A stretch of 64,000 nt of DNA from Fibrobacteria bacterium (GTDB lineage Bacteria; Fibrobacterota; Chitinivibrionia; Chitinivibrionales; FEN-1185), in NCBI GenBank assembly GCA_037447435.1, contig JBBIGR010000004.1, positions 64,001 to 128,000 of the forward strand. Reading direction: 5' to 3'. Of this stretch, positions 17,665-27,486 are shown in pieces. Below the pieces are notes generated by a model. It ran no database searches. It saw only the letters and a list, made by a program, of their open reading frames with translations, and had not been told where the DNA came from. How positions within the stretch are numbered: the stretch's first letter is position 1; the number at the start of each line of letters is the position of its first letter. Position numbers and translations under genes: made by a program.

Positions 17665-20600
17665 TCACCACGCTTCTTTTTTTGCAGCAGCCGCGTTCGA
17701 CGGTTGTTTTTCGGAATGTTGCAAAACAAAATTATACAAACTTTGAATTTTCGCATCGTTGGAACGCAATTTATCCGCTTTTTCAAGGAGCGGCAAAGCG
17801 TCCGAATACCGTTCGGTTTTAACATACCCTCTGGACAACTGATACATAAAATCGGGATCATTCGGTTTCAACGCATTTGCCATTTCCAAAAACACCATGG
17901 CGTCGTTTGCCTGATGTTTTTCCAGAAGCGTCACGCCGATATCTTCACAAGCAAGAGGATTCGACGCGTCGCGCTGTATGTATTGCTGATACGCCTCAAG
18001 CTCCAGCTTCGGCCGTCCCGTTTTCCCGTAAATTTTACCTAAATCGATCCAGAGAGTCGGAATACTGTCTTTTTGCGTAAGGAATTTCTTTAAAAAAAGC
18101 GAGGCCTTTTCCAGGGTTGCCGGTTGCTTTGCATACAATAATCCGGCGCCCAAAAGGTTCCGTATGTCTTTGGGATACAAAGCGGCATTTTGTTCGTATA
18201 TCGCGGCGGCCAGCGGTATGCTGACTTTCTCCGTCAGTTGCGCCTTTCTGTACGATGCGTCGGCATCTTTTACCTCAGGAAATTTCGTATAGGCATTATA
18301 TGCGGCGGTCGCATTGGCATTATCGCCGAGATTGTCGTACGATTCCGCAAGCATTTTAAACATGAGCGCCCCATGCGGGTTTACTTTTTTTCCGTCCCGG
18401 TAAAACCCTTTCAAATATTCCAGGACTTCCGCGCATTGCTTGTAATACTTGCCGTTGTAATACGCTTTGCCGAGCAAATACCAGTATTCGGGGTCATTGG
18501 TCTGGTCCTTGGGAATTTTTGCAAGTAAACGTATTGTCCCGTCATAATCCTTGTTTTTATACGCGTCCTGGGCAAGCATCATCGCAATGCCCGGATCATT
18601 CGGCGCTTTTGCCGCATATTTCTTATACGCCTCCGCCGCCTGGTCGGGTTTATTCTGTTTTGTATATAGATCCCCGAGGATTTTATATTCCGTAATCGCG
18701 TCGGGATTAATGGCGACCGCCTGTTGATAAGTCACAATCGCATCCATGATATCTCCCGATTTCGCATAGCAGCGGGCAAGCGACGAAATCACCGTGAAGT
18801 TCCGCTGATCGAGTTGCAATGCCTTATTGTAATAGGAAATCGCCTTTGGATAAAACGTTTTCTTTTCATACGTACTTCCAAGGGTCGCATACATGGTCGC
18901 ATCGGCTTCGCCGGCACCGATTGCCGCGTTGAGAACCATGAGGACTTCCTCGGGAGTTCCCCGTGCAACCACAAGTTCCGCGTATCGCTTGAATATCCCT
19001 TTAATGTGCGGATTAACCGAAAATGCGGCCCGATATGCCAGATACGCACCGCTTTGGTCTTTTTGATCGTACAGAAAATCGGCCAGGTCTTTTTGCGCGT
19101 CCGCATCTTTGGGTCTTTGCGCCGTGTATTTGCGCAAAAACGCCATGGCGCCGTCCTTATCATTCGTCTTTACGCACAAATCGAATAACGTCTTATTGAT
19201 ACCGACATCCAGCGGCGTCAATACGGCAAGTTTCCTGTACAATTCCTTTGCTTTAGGATAATCGTTCTGCTGAAGGCACGCAAAGGCGTACATGGAAAGT
19301 ATCGGCGCCTGGGATACCATTTCCGAAGGAACAAGCGCGAAATATTTTGCCGTCGCGTCATAATCCTTTTTCTTGAAAGAATACTCCGCAATCATTTTGG
19401 CAAGCCCGTATTCCTTCGGTTGTTTTTCAAGATATTTTTTATATACCGACATGGCCTGGTCGGTTTTCATTTGCTGCATGTACATGTCGCCGAGCGTTTT
19501 TAAAATCTTCTGGTCCTGCGGATTCAAGGCCACGACCTGTTCGTAGGTTATCGAAGCTTCGGTGACGTCGCCGGTTTTCGATTGACATGCTGCAAGCGAC
19601 ATGAGAACCGGGACATTTTTCGAATCGTATTGCAACGCTTTTTGATACATCGGTATGGCTTTTGCAAAGGCGGCCTTCTTTTCATAAGCCCCGCCGAGCG
19701 CCGCATACACGCCGGCATCGCCCTCGCCCGCCTTGACGGCAGCCGAATACACCGCCATGATTTCGTCGGCAGTACCGTTTTTCGCGACGACTTCGCAATA
19801 CCTTTTGTAACTCCCTTTTATGGCGGGATCCGCAACCATTGCCGCATGATAGGCGGCACCCGCCAAAGCCATGTCTTTCCGATCGTACAACGCATCGGCC
19901 AAATCGCGTTGCGCCTGGGCGTCTTTCGGGCTTAACGCCGCAAACCGTTTGAGATGCGACAGGGCTTCTTCTTTGTCGCCGTCACGCATGCACAAATCAT
20001 ACAAAGTCTTTTCTATAAGCGGGTCTTGCGGCGCAAAGGCCACCATTTGCTTATACAGCATTTTCGCTTTTGTATATTCCTTGGTCTGATAATACGATTG
20101 CGCAAGCATAGACAATAAGCCTGTTCGTTTCGAATCGTTGCCGGAAACCATAGACAAATACCGGACCGCTTCGGCGTAATTTTTCGATGCGTACTCCTTT
20201 TCGCCGACAATATACGCGACATCGAAATCGCGGGGTTCTTTTTCGAGGTATTTTTTATAGACGTTATGGGCCGCGTCCTTTTTGCCCAATTTCGTATACG
20301 TTTCCGCCAACTGTTTATACAGCTTCGAATCGGTCGGGTTTAAGGCGATAAGTTGCTCATAGGTAATCGAGGCTTCGGCCGCGTTGCCCGCCTTAAGCTG
20401 GCAATTCGCCAAAAGAGTAAGCACCGGCAGGTTCTTGGGGTCAACCGCCAGCGCCTTTTGACATAAAGGAATCGCCTTTGAATAAAGCCCCTGTTTAAAA
20501 TAGGAATTTGCCTGCGCGGCATACATGGCCGCGTCCGCTTCGCCGGCATTGACTGCGCCGCTGAGGGCAAAATCGACATCCGCTGCGGTCCCTTTTTTCG

Positions 20601-23376
20601 TGGCAAGGTCAAAGTACCTTTTATAAATGCCTTTCAAAGTCGGATCGGTTGCCAAGGCCCCCTTGTATGCGGCAAAGGCGCCCGCCTCGTCCTTCTGCGA
20701 ATACAGTAAATCGCCCAAATCTTTCTTTGCAACCGCGTCCGTCGGTTTTAATGCGACATATTTGCGTAAATAGCCCGCAGCGTCTTTCGCAAGGTCATTA
20801 TCCGCCGCGCATACCGAATACAATAACTTGTACAGTTCGGGATTTTGCGGGGAGATGGCGGCCAATTGCGTCAGGACCGAAAATGCCTTTTTGTAATTTT
20901 TGGCGAAATAACTCGCCTGTCCGAAATGGAAAAGAAACTCGGAGCGTTTCGCATCCTCGCCCGAAACCATAGAGAAAAACCGGGATGCATCCTCGTAATT
21001 TTTTTGTTTGTATGCATACTCGCCGACAAAAGCAGCTATTTTGCCGTCCTGGCTCCGTTTTTCAAGGTATTTCTTGTACACCGACACCGCATCCGCTTCC
21101 CTGTTCTTCTTCACGTACAAATCGCCGAGCATTTTATATTCGTCAATTGCAGCCGGATTCAACGCCACGACCTGTTCAAACGATATTGTCGCGGCATCCG
21201 CTGCCCCGGTAGCAAGCTGGCAACGCGCGAGCCCGCTTAACACCAAGACGTTTTTAGGCTCCAAATTAAGGGCCTTTTGGTATAATTCGAGCGCCTTGCC
21301 GCACAATCCCTGCTTTTGATATACCGCGGCCAATGCCCCGTACATGCTTGCATCGGCTTCTCCTGCCGCAATGGCACCGGCCATGGCCGCGTTCATTTCC
21401 TCTTTCGTGCCTTTGATGCTTACAAGTTGAGAATACTGCTTGTAAATCCCTTTGATTTTCGGATCGAGTTTAAGGGCGGTGCGATACGCCGTAAGAGCGG
21501 CGTCGAAGTTTTTCTGGTCGAAATACAAATTTCCGAGGTTTTTCTGGGCAATCGGATCTGCGGGACTCAGGGTCAGGTATTTTTTCAAATAGCCTGCCGC
21601 GGCAATTTTATCGCCGGCATTATTGGCAATGTCGTACAAGTTTTTAAAAACGTCCCCGTTTTGGGGGGACATAACGCTCAGTTCTTTGTATAAATCGTAG
21701 GCCTGCTTATAATCCCGCTGGTCAAGATAGTATTTGGCGAGCCGAAGGCGCGACTCGATGTTCCCTTTTTCGAGTTCAATGATTTTTTTGTCCAAAAACG
21801 ACAAATTGGTCGCGTCGTTCAATTGTTTGTAACAATATGCCAATTGTTTGATATATTCCAATTCATACGGCTTTTTCGCTATGAGAAACTCAAGTTGTTC
21901 CTTGGCTTCTTTGTATTGGTTGTTGCGGAAAAATCCTTTCGCAAGCACCATCCGGGGTTCCAAAACCGACGGATCGAAATGAACCGCCGACTCTGCCGCG
22001 TCTATGGCCTTGTCCCATTTGTCCAAGGCGGCTGCGGAAAGGGCCAGCCCGGTTGCCGCCTGCGGCGATTTTGCGATATAAAAACTTTTTTCATAATACT
22101 TGAGCGCGTCGGAATACCGTTTCGCCTTCAGGTTGTAATCGCCGAGAGTGAGAAAAACCTTGGGATCGTTGGGGCTGAGGGCGGTTATTTTTTCAAAAGT
22201 CTGTTTCGCTTTTTCCAATTGATTGTTGCGTTGATATAAATCGGCCAACCGTGCGTATGCCTCGACATTGTTTTTATCCGATGCAACGGCCTTTTCCAAG
22301 CTCGCAATCGCTTTTGCCGTCATTCCGGCTCCGTTATACGCATCGGCCAAAAGGAAATTGATGTCCGGAACCAGATGCGAATCGCTGTCGGCCGCGGCGA
22401 TCGCCCTGAAATGGGAAATTGCGCTTTCATAATTCTTTTTCTCCAAATCCGCCTTGCCGGCTTTGGAATGCGAAATGATGGCTTCGGGCTCGGCCGAAAA
22501 GCCGAACGCGTCTGCGGCAAGGTTATATGCTTTTAACGCACTTTCCATGCTGCCTGTTTTTTCCTGCGATACCGCCCGGCAGTATTGGTCCATGGCACTC
22601 AGCTTGATTTTTCCCGCAATTTTTTCAAATTCATTCGCAGCGGCGAGGAATTTGTCTTTTTGATAATAGGCCTTGGCCAAATCAAGGTTTGCATTCAGCA
22701 AGTTAGGATTACGCGTTATTGCTTCTTTCAGGTAAAATATCGCCGAATCCAGTTTGTTCGATTCGAGGAGCGAGCGTCCTATTTTATACGCATCGTCGGC
22801 ATTGGGCTGGGATGCGTAGGCGACTCTGAGCAACGGAATGGCCCGTTTGTAATCTTTTTCTTCCCAATAAATGTCCGCAAGTCCCCTGCTGGCGGCCGCA
22901 TTGGAAGGATCGGCGTTAATGACCCGCTCAAGCGCGCTTTTGGCGTCTTTTACCCGTTTCAATGCCATGCATGCCCTGGCATATTCCCAGCTTGCTTCGC
23001 CGGTAGGATTGACATCGACGGCTTTTTGCGCATAGGTCAAGGCATTGTCGGGTTGATTCAGCTTATTGTAAATTCGGGCGATGCTGTAGTAGGCCGTATA
23101 GTTCTTAGCGTCCATCCGCGAGCCGACGAAATAACACGCCAACGCCTTCTCGTTCAGGCCCAATGCTTCATCCGCTGACCCGAGCTTTACCCACACGTCG
23201 GCGGTACGGTTTGCCGACGGCAATTTATCGTCTGCATAGGCTACCGCTTCGGAGTATTTCTGGGTTCTGATCAATCTGTCCAATGTTTCGTCGGCAAACA
23301 AAAAACTTGCCGTACCATAAAAGACAACGACGCAAATACATCCTATCAGGCGTTGTTTATAACCGGCCATTTGCAT
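17665..23376 (-). CDS. Giant exported tetratricopeptide-repeat protein (about 1900 aa)
   Basis: SD AAGGAG before ATG 23376; signal peptide ending SFLFA; continuous 34-aa TPR periodicity to the C-terminus. Confidence 0.92.
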   Translation of the reverse strand: MQMAGYKQRLIGCICVVVFYGTASFLFADETLDRLIRTQKYSEAVAYADDKLPSANRTADVWVKLGSADEALGLNEKALACYFVGSRMDAKNYTAYYSIARIYNKLNQPDNALTYAQKAVDVNPTGEASWEYARACMALKRVKDAKSALERVINADPSNAAASRGLADIYWEEKDYKRAIPLLRVAYASQPNADDAYKIGRSLLESNKLDSAIFYLKEAITRNPNLLNANLDLAKAYYQKDKFLAAANEFEKIAGKIKLSAMDQYCRAVSQEKTGSMESALKAYNLAADAFGFSAEPEAIISHSKAGKADLEKKNYESAISHFRAIAAADSDSHLVPDINFLLADAYNGAGMTAKAIASLEKAVASDKNNVEAYARLADLYQRNNQLEKAKQTFEKITALSPNDPKVFLTLGDYNLKAKRYSDALKYYEKSFYIAKSPQAATGLALSAAALDKWDKAIDAAESAVHFDPSVLEPRMVLAKGFFRNNQYKEAKEQLEFLIAKKPYELEYIKQLAYCYKQLNDATNLSFLDKKIIELEKGNIESRLRLAKYYLDQRDYKQAYDLYKELSVMSPQNGDVFKNLYDIANNAGDKIAAAGYLKKYLTLSPADPIAQKNLGNLYFDQKNFDAALTAYRTALKLDPKIKGIYKQYSQLVSIKGTKEEMNAAMAGAIAAGEADASMYGALAAVYQKQGLCGKALELYQKALNLEPKNVLVLSGLARCQLATGAADAATISFEQVVALNPAAIDEYKMLGDLYVKKNREADAVSVYKKYLEKRSQDGKIAAFVGEYAYKQKNYEDASRFFSMVSGEDAKRSEFLFHFGQASYFAKNYKKAFSVLTQLAAISPQNPELYKLLYSVCAADNDLAKDAAGYLRKYVALKPTDAVAKKDLGDLLYSQKDEAGAFAAYKGALATDPTLKGIYKRYFDLATKKGTAADVDFALSGAVNAGEADAAMYAAQANSYFKQGLYSKAIPLCQKALAVDPKNLPVLTLLANCQLKAGNAAEASITYEQLIALNPTDSKLYKQLAETYTKLGKKDAAHNVYKKYLEKEPRDFDVAYIVGEKEYASKNYAEAVRYLSMVSGNDSKRTGLLSMLAQSYYQTKEYTKAKMLYKQMVAFAPQDPLIEKTLYDLCMRDGDKEEALSHLKRFAALSPKDAQAQRDLADALYDRKDMALAGAAYHAAMVADPAIKGSYKRYCEVVAKNGTADEIMAVYSAAVKAGEGDAGVYAALGGAYEKKAAFAKAIPMYQKALQYDSKNVPVLMSLAACQSKTGDVTEASITYEQVVALNPQDQKILKTLGDMYMQQMKTDQAMSVYKKYLEKQPKEYGLAKMIAEYSFKKKDYDATAKYFALVPSEMVSQAPILSMYAFACLQQNDYPKAKELYRKLAVLTPLDVGINKTLFDLCVKTNDKDGAMAFLRKYTAQRPKDADAQKDLADFLYDQKDQSGAYLAYRAAFSVNPHIKGIFKRYAELVVARGTPEEVLMVLNAAIGAGEADATMYATLGSTYEKKTFYPKAISYYNKALQLDQRNFTVISSLARCYAKSGDIMDAIVTYQQAVAINPDAITEYKILGDLYTKQNKPDQAAEAYKKYAAKAPNDPGIAMMLAQDAYKNKDYDGTIRLLAKIPKDQTNDPEYWYLLGKAYYNGKYYKQCAEVLEYLKGFYRDGKKVNPHGALMFKMLAESYDNLGDNANATAAYNAYTKFPEVKDADASYRKAQLTEKVSIPLAAAIYEQNAALYPKDIRNLLGAGLLYAKQPATLEKASLFLKKFLTQKDSIPTLWIDLGKIYGKTGRPKLELEAYQQYIQRDASNPLACEDIGVTLLEKHQANDAMVFLEMANALKPNDPDFMYQLSRGYVKTERYSDALPLLEKADKLRSNDAKIQSLYNFVLQHSEKQPSNAAAAKKEAW

Positions 23377-23442
23377 ATTCTCCTTTTTCCCATCCAACAG
23401 TGAAGCAGCACTTCAAAAGCAATTCCCTTTTTAATAATTTCG

Positions 23443-24042
23443 TTATTTCTTTTTTGATTTTTTGGCAGCAGCTTTCGTACTGTCGTTTTCGATCTTTTTC
23501 GCGCAATCGGCAACCGCAAAAATGCTGCCTTTGTCGAGCACCATTCGGATATTCACGTCCCAACCCGTTCCCTGCTTGAAATCTTCTTTTTTGTCTACTT
23601 GTTTCTCGACTCTTTTAACGCAATCTTCGAGTTTCGAGTCATCTATTTCCAACTGATGCAAGGCGTTTTTCATTTTCGAAACCGCCTGACGCAGGGCCTG
23701 TTTCTGCGCATCGGCTGTCGCCGCATTGATGTCCCGGTTTACCGAATGCCCCGTGCCAACGACCGAATCGGTTTTAATGAGCTTTTCCTCGTCCTTAATT
23801 TCCTTCTCAACATATCCCCAAGTACCGTCGGTGCCGATGAGAATAATCTTGCCGTTGCTGACCGGAACCGTGAAGTCTTTTTCTATTTCCGAAGGTTTTC
23901 CGTTTTCATACACCCAGGTATTATCGTCTTTCAGCATTATTTTTAATCCGTCGGGAGTCGTTAAAACCATGTTTTTCGCAATAAGCAACGTTCCCGCCGA
24001 TACGATTATTAAAAGGGCGATCGCAGAATTCCTTATTTTCAA
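23443..24042 (-). CDS. Exported hypothetical protein with two DUF3157-like N-terminal repeats
   Basis: TTG start with GGAGG SD; signal peptide; repeats TPDGLKIMLKDDNTWVY and VSNGKIILIGTDGTWGY. Confidence 0.7.
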   Translation of the reverse strand: MKIRNSAIALLIIVSAGTLLIAKNMVLTTPDGLKIMLKDDNTWVYENGKPSEIEKDFTVPVSNGKIILIGTDGTWGYVEKEIKDEEKLIKTDSVVGTGHSVNRDINAATADAQKQALRQAVSKMKNALHQLEIDDSKLEDCVKRVEKQVDKKEDFKQGTGWDVNIRMVLDKGSIFAVADCAKKIENDSTKAAAKKSKKK

Positions 24043-24418
24043 AACAACCTCCTTTAAACGATTAATTCCCTATCGTATTAAATAAAAACAATATCTAAAA
24101 TATACTTAAACTCTCAATGAATAAGTATTCGGGTTTCAACATAAATATTTGATTTTTATCCTGTTTTCTCAAAATTTTACCATCGCGCTTTGAAAAATTA
24201 AAGTAATCATATCTAATTTTTATCGATGTAACCGTTGCCCCCTTGTTTTTAGGACATACCCCCTCATTAAGGGCATTCCGTTCAGCATTAAAACCGCCGG
24301 CGCCGGCATGTCTTTTCGGTGCGCATTTGCGTTGTAATGAATTTCATTGCTTTTACGGTTTGGAATGTATCATTTTTTCTCATGTAAATGGCTTTTCATG
24401 AATAACAAAGGAGATTGC

Positions 24419-25090
24419 GTGCTATTGCCAAGTAAGTGTCGTCTGTCGATAATTTCCCTCGGGAGCGTCATTTTGTTTTCGTTCAATGTTTTGGCTGGAA
24501 AAGCGGCCGATACGGCGGAAATAATGGACCTCGACACCGTCCCCACAAAATCGACAAATCATCCGGTACGCGTATCCAATTCAAAATCGAATCAACCCGA
24601 CGATACGGTTTTCATCGATGAAGCGGTTCCCCAAAAAGTACGCGTGTCCAATTCGCGACATATGGAAACGAGCCTGCCCGTAGAATCCGTCGATTTATCT
24701 TCGCCCCACAACAGCAGTGGGCCTTCCAAAGGAAACATTATTACCGGAGCGTGTTTGTTCGGGGTCCCTTATTGCTTATCGATTATAGTCGGTTCCCTTA
24801 TCTCGACTAACGAATATAACAATGGTTTCTCATCCTATTTCTATATTCCGGTCATTGGCCCTTTGTTGGTGTATTTCAACGACAATCATTCGAGCGATTC
24901 CGACACGCCCGAAGGATTATTATGCGCGGGCTGGACAACGGCCCAGAGCATCGGCGTTTTCCTGCTTATTAAAGGAATTGCGGGACAAGAACGCGAGCAT
25001 CGGTTTTCCCAAACGCAATTCCACCTCGCGCCGACCTATTCGAGGTACGGGTCGGGCTTTGCCGTGCAATACGATTTCGATCCGAATTGA
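24419..25090 (+). CDS. Hypothetical exported/membrane protein
   Basis: GTG 24419 after AAGGAG; signal-like N-terminus, duplicated VRVSNS segment, hydrophobic C-terminal half (YIPVIGP). Confidence 0.65.
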   Translation: MLLPSKCRLSIISLGSVILFSFNVLAGKAADTAEIMDLDTVPTKSTNHPVRVSNSKSNQPDDTVFIDEAVPQKVRVSNSRHMETSLPVESVDLSSPHNSSGPSKGNIITGACLFGVPYCLSIIVGSLISTNEYNNGFSSYFYIPVIGPLLVYFNDNHSSDSDTPEGLLCAGWTTAQSIGVFLLIKGIAGQEREHRFSQTQFHLAPTYSRYGSGFAVQYDFDPN

Positions 25091-25091
25091 T

Positions 25092-26594
25092 TTACGCGGT
25101 TTCCGCCAAATAATAAATGTTTTGCGGATCGACAAAATGATCGAAGATTTCCTCGTTATGGGAAATCATAAGCAGCGCAGCGCCTTGTTTTTGTTTTTCG
25201 GCGAGCAATTCCAGAACCTTCTTGACACTCACGAAATCCAGACCGTTGAGCGGTTCGTCGAGGATTATCAGGTCGGTTCCGAGCGCGAGGGTGCGCAATA
25301 GATTCAACCGTTGCTTTTGTCCGCCGCTTAAAAAAGCGACTTTTTTTGATAAAAACGCTTCGGAAAGGGGCTGCTCGAATAATTCATGAAGTTTATTTTT
25401 AATAGACTCTCGGTTTAATGCGGGTGTTAGCGGCAACCCTGCAAAGGTTTCACCGACACTCGATTGCAAATCCAAAGATTCATCGGCATGCTGAAACACC
25501 ATGCCCGCTCTTTTTCCCCATATTTTTTTTGCCAGTTTTTTCTGCGGCGTGTTCTCGTTTATCGCGATGCCGGATATTGTCAGGTCTGATTCCCGGCTTT
25601 TGTACAAACCGAGTATAACCTTGGCAAGCGTGGTTTTCCCCACGCCGCTGGGCGCTTTTACATACGCCATTTCGCCTTTGTTGATGACAAGGGTTTTCTC
25701 CCGCGAATGCGCGGCATCGCCGTACAAGCACAATTTTCTGCCGAATATTTTAAAATGCGGCGCCATTGTCAAAACCGGTTGCTGCGCGCCAGACGCCGAT
25801 ATGACCGGCTTACTTTTGTCAAGCCATGTCAAATAATCGTCGGCCGAAAAGTCGACCAGTTCCACCGCAGCGCCCTTGGAGCGACGTAACTCTTTCAAGT
25901 GAATGACGTCCAAAAGCGGTGTATACTTTGTATACAATTCGCTGATTACCGAATAATCGTGCGTAATAATCGTGACCGTAAACGGCTTGGTTTGATAGCA
26001 TTGGAAAAGCAAGCGGATGAAAAGATTTCTATAGGTATTGTCGAGGCTTCCGGTCGGTTCGTCGAACACGAAATAACTGGGCGAATCGGAGGTTTTTGTC
26101 TGCAAAAAAACATCGATCTTTTTGAACGCCATTGCAAGCAAAATACGCTGTTTTTCCCCGCCGCTCGGCCTGTAGGGCTTGGGAAATACGTCCAATATCC
26201 TTTTTACGGCATTTTCATCCGTTCCCCGCCATAAACGCATCATGATTTCCTGTTCGGCGTCCGATAGGGCCAAACTGCCTTCCCGCAATTGAGACGAAAT
26301 ATTGAGCAAGGGATTCAAATGCGAAGAAGGTTCCTGGAAAACAAAAAAACTGTTCTTTTTTATTTCTGCGGTTTTCGTTTCCTTCAAGTAGTCGGAATAT
26401 TTTTTACCATTGACCGATATATCGAGCTCGTCGCCGTCCAAAAGCCCGTAAATTGCTTTGGATATCATGGATTTGCCGATGCCCGATTCACCAAATAGAA
26501 AAGTAATTTGGTCGCGGGGCACCTCGTAGGAATCCACGGTGACTATCGGCCGCGAATGGGAATATACCTGTACGCTGAATTGGTCGTTTATCAT
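25092..26594 (-). CDS. ABC transporter ATP-binding protein with two fused NBDs (Opp/Dpp type)
   Basis: Walker A GESGIGKS and APSGVGKT; signatures PSGGEKQR and LSGGQKQR; Walker B FVFDEPT and IILDEPL; ATGA overlap with the upstream gene. Confidence 0.92.
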   Translation of the reverse strand: MINDQFSVQVYSHSRPIVTVDSYEVPRDQITFLFGESGIGKSMISKAIYGLLDGDELDISVNGKKYSDYLKETKTAEIKKNSFFVFQEPSSHLNPLLNISSQLREGSLALSDAEQEIMMRLWRGTDENAVKRILDVFPKPYRPSGGEKQRILLAMAFKKIDVFLQTKTSDSPSYFVFDEPTGSLDNTYRNLFIRLLFQCYQTKPFTVTIITHDYSVISELYTKYTPLLDVIHLKELRRSKGAAVELVDFSADDYLTWLDKSKPVISASGAQQPVLTMAPHFKIFGRKLCLYGDAAHSREKTLVINKGEMAYVKAPSGVGKTTLAKVILGLYKSRESDLTISGIAINENTPQKKLAKKIWGKRAGMVFQHADESLDLQSSVGETFAGLPLTPALNRESIKNKLHELFEQPLSEAFLSKKVAFLSGGQKQRLNLLRTLALGTDLIILDEPLNGLDFVSVKKVLELLAEKQKQGAALLMISHNEEIFDHFVDPQNIYYLAETA

Positions 26595-27445
26595 AAACGA
26601 TGCCTCTGTGCGTATCCGTTGGCGATATGGAATGTACATACGAGTAAAAACACAATTAAAAATGCCACGGTAAGACCCTGCAAATGTTCGAAAAACAAAT
26701 TGCCGACGTACAACGGATGCGTCAATGCATAGCCGATTGCCAAAACATCCTGTTTACTGTCTATATTCGCCAGCATGCTGCCCATGGTCGCGGGCAATGC
26801 CGTCGCATTGACATCCGTCGAAAGCCCCACGGAAATGATAAAATCGACGCTGCATTGTAGAAATATTGCGGCGCCGAACACGGAAATCAATTTGTTGAAA
26901 ATGTGAATTCTGCTGTTTTTCCACAGTATGTCGATATTGATGATGCGCGACTCGGAAATGCCGCACACCTGCATCGCATTATAAAAATCGAGCTTTTTGT
27001 AATGCGCGATCCGCTCGCGCATCAAATCGACGAATTCGATGAATACGAACACGCTGATACTGACGGCAAGTAAAGGAAAAACCGGCAAAGCGCCCCGGAT
27101 AATCCCGTTTTGCAACATGATGCCGACCGCGATATAGCCGAATAAAATGCCCACGACTTGCGGGACCGATCGAATGGTGTTGAGCAAAAAGGTCACCAGC
27201 ATATAGCTCGCCCTGCGGTTATGACTTTCCAAATAATTCAGCACAAGGGTAACGATCCAGGCAAAAATCAATGTGAAAACAACGACAAGCAATGCAACGC
27301 ATATCGTATTAAAAAAACCGGAAACGACAAAACGCAATGCAGGCTTGTTCAAAAACAATGCATCCCAAACCCCGGTAACGAGCAGACCGAGGATCAGAAT
27401 CATTGCCCAACGAGAGTCTTTTTGTTTTAACACCGATGCATCCAT
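26591..27445 (-). CDS. ABC transporter permease, divergent DppC/OppC-like
   Basis: Multi-TM; EAA-like loop LDFYNAMQVCGISESRIINIDIL; ATMGSML resembles the PxWGxM motif. Confidence 0.75.
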   Translation of the reverse strand: MDASVLKQKDSRWAMILILGLLVTGVWDALFLNKPALRFVVSGFFNTICVALLVVVFTLIFAWIVTLVLNYLESHNRRASYMLVTFLLNTIRSVPQVVGILFGYIAVGIMLQNGIIRGALPVFPLLAVSISVFVFIEFVDLMRERIAHYKKLDFYNAMQVCGISESRIINIDILWKNSRIHIFNKLISVFGAAIFLQCSVDFIISVGLSTDVNATALPATMGSMLANIDSKQDVLAIGYALTHPLYVGNLFFEHLQGLTVAFLIVFLLVCTFHIANGYAQRHRL

Positions 27446-27486
27446 GGACAGTCCCCGTGTAAAGTTCCCGGCCAAAGCCGGGAACT

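Noticed and set aside
24043..24418. Riboswitch or ncRNA in long intergenic regions (also 45756-45953, 60995-61290)
   Set aside because: No recognisable aptamer consensus; an Rfam/Infernal scan would be needed.
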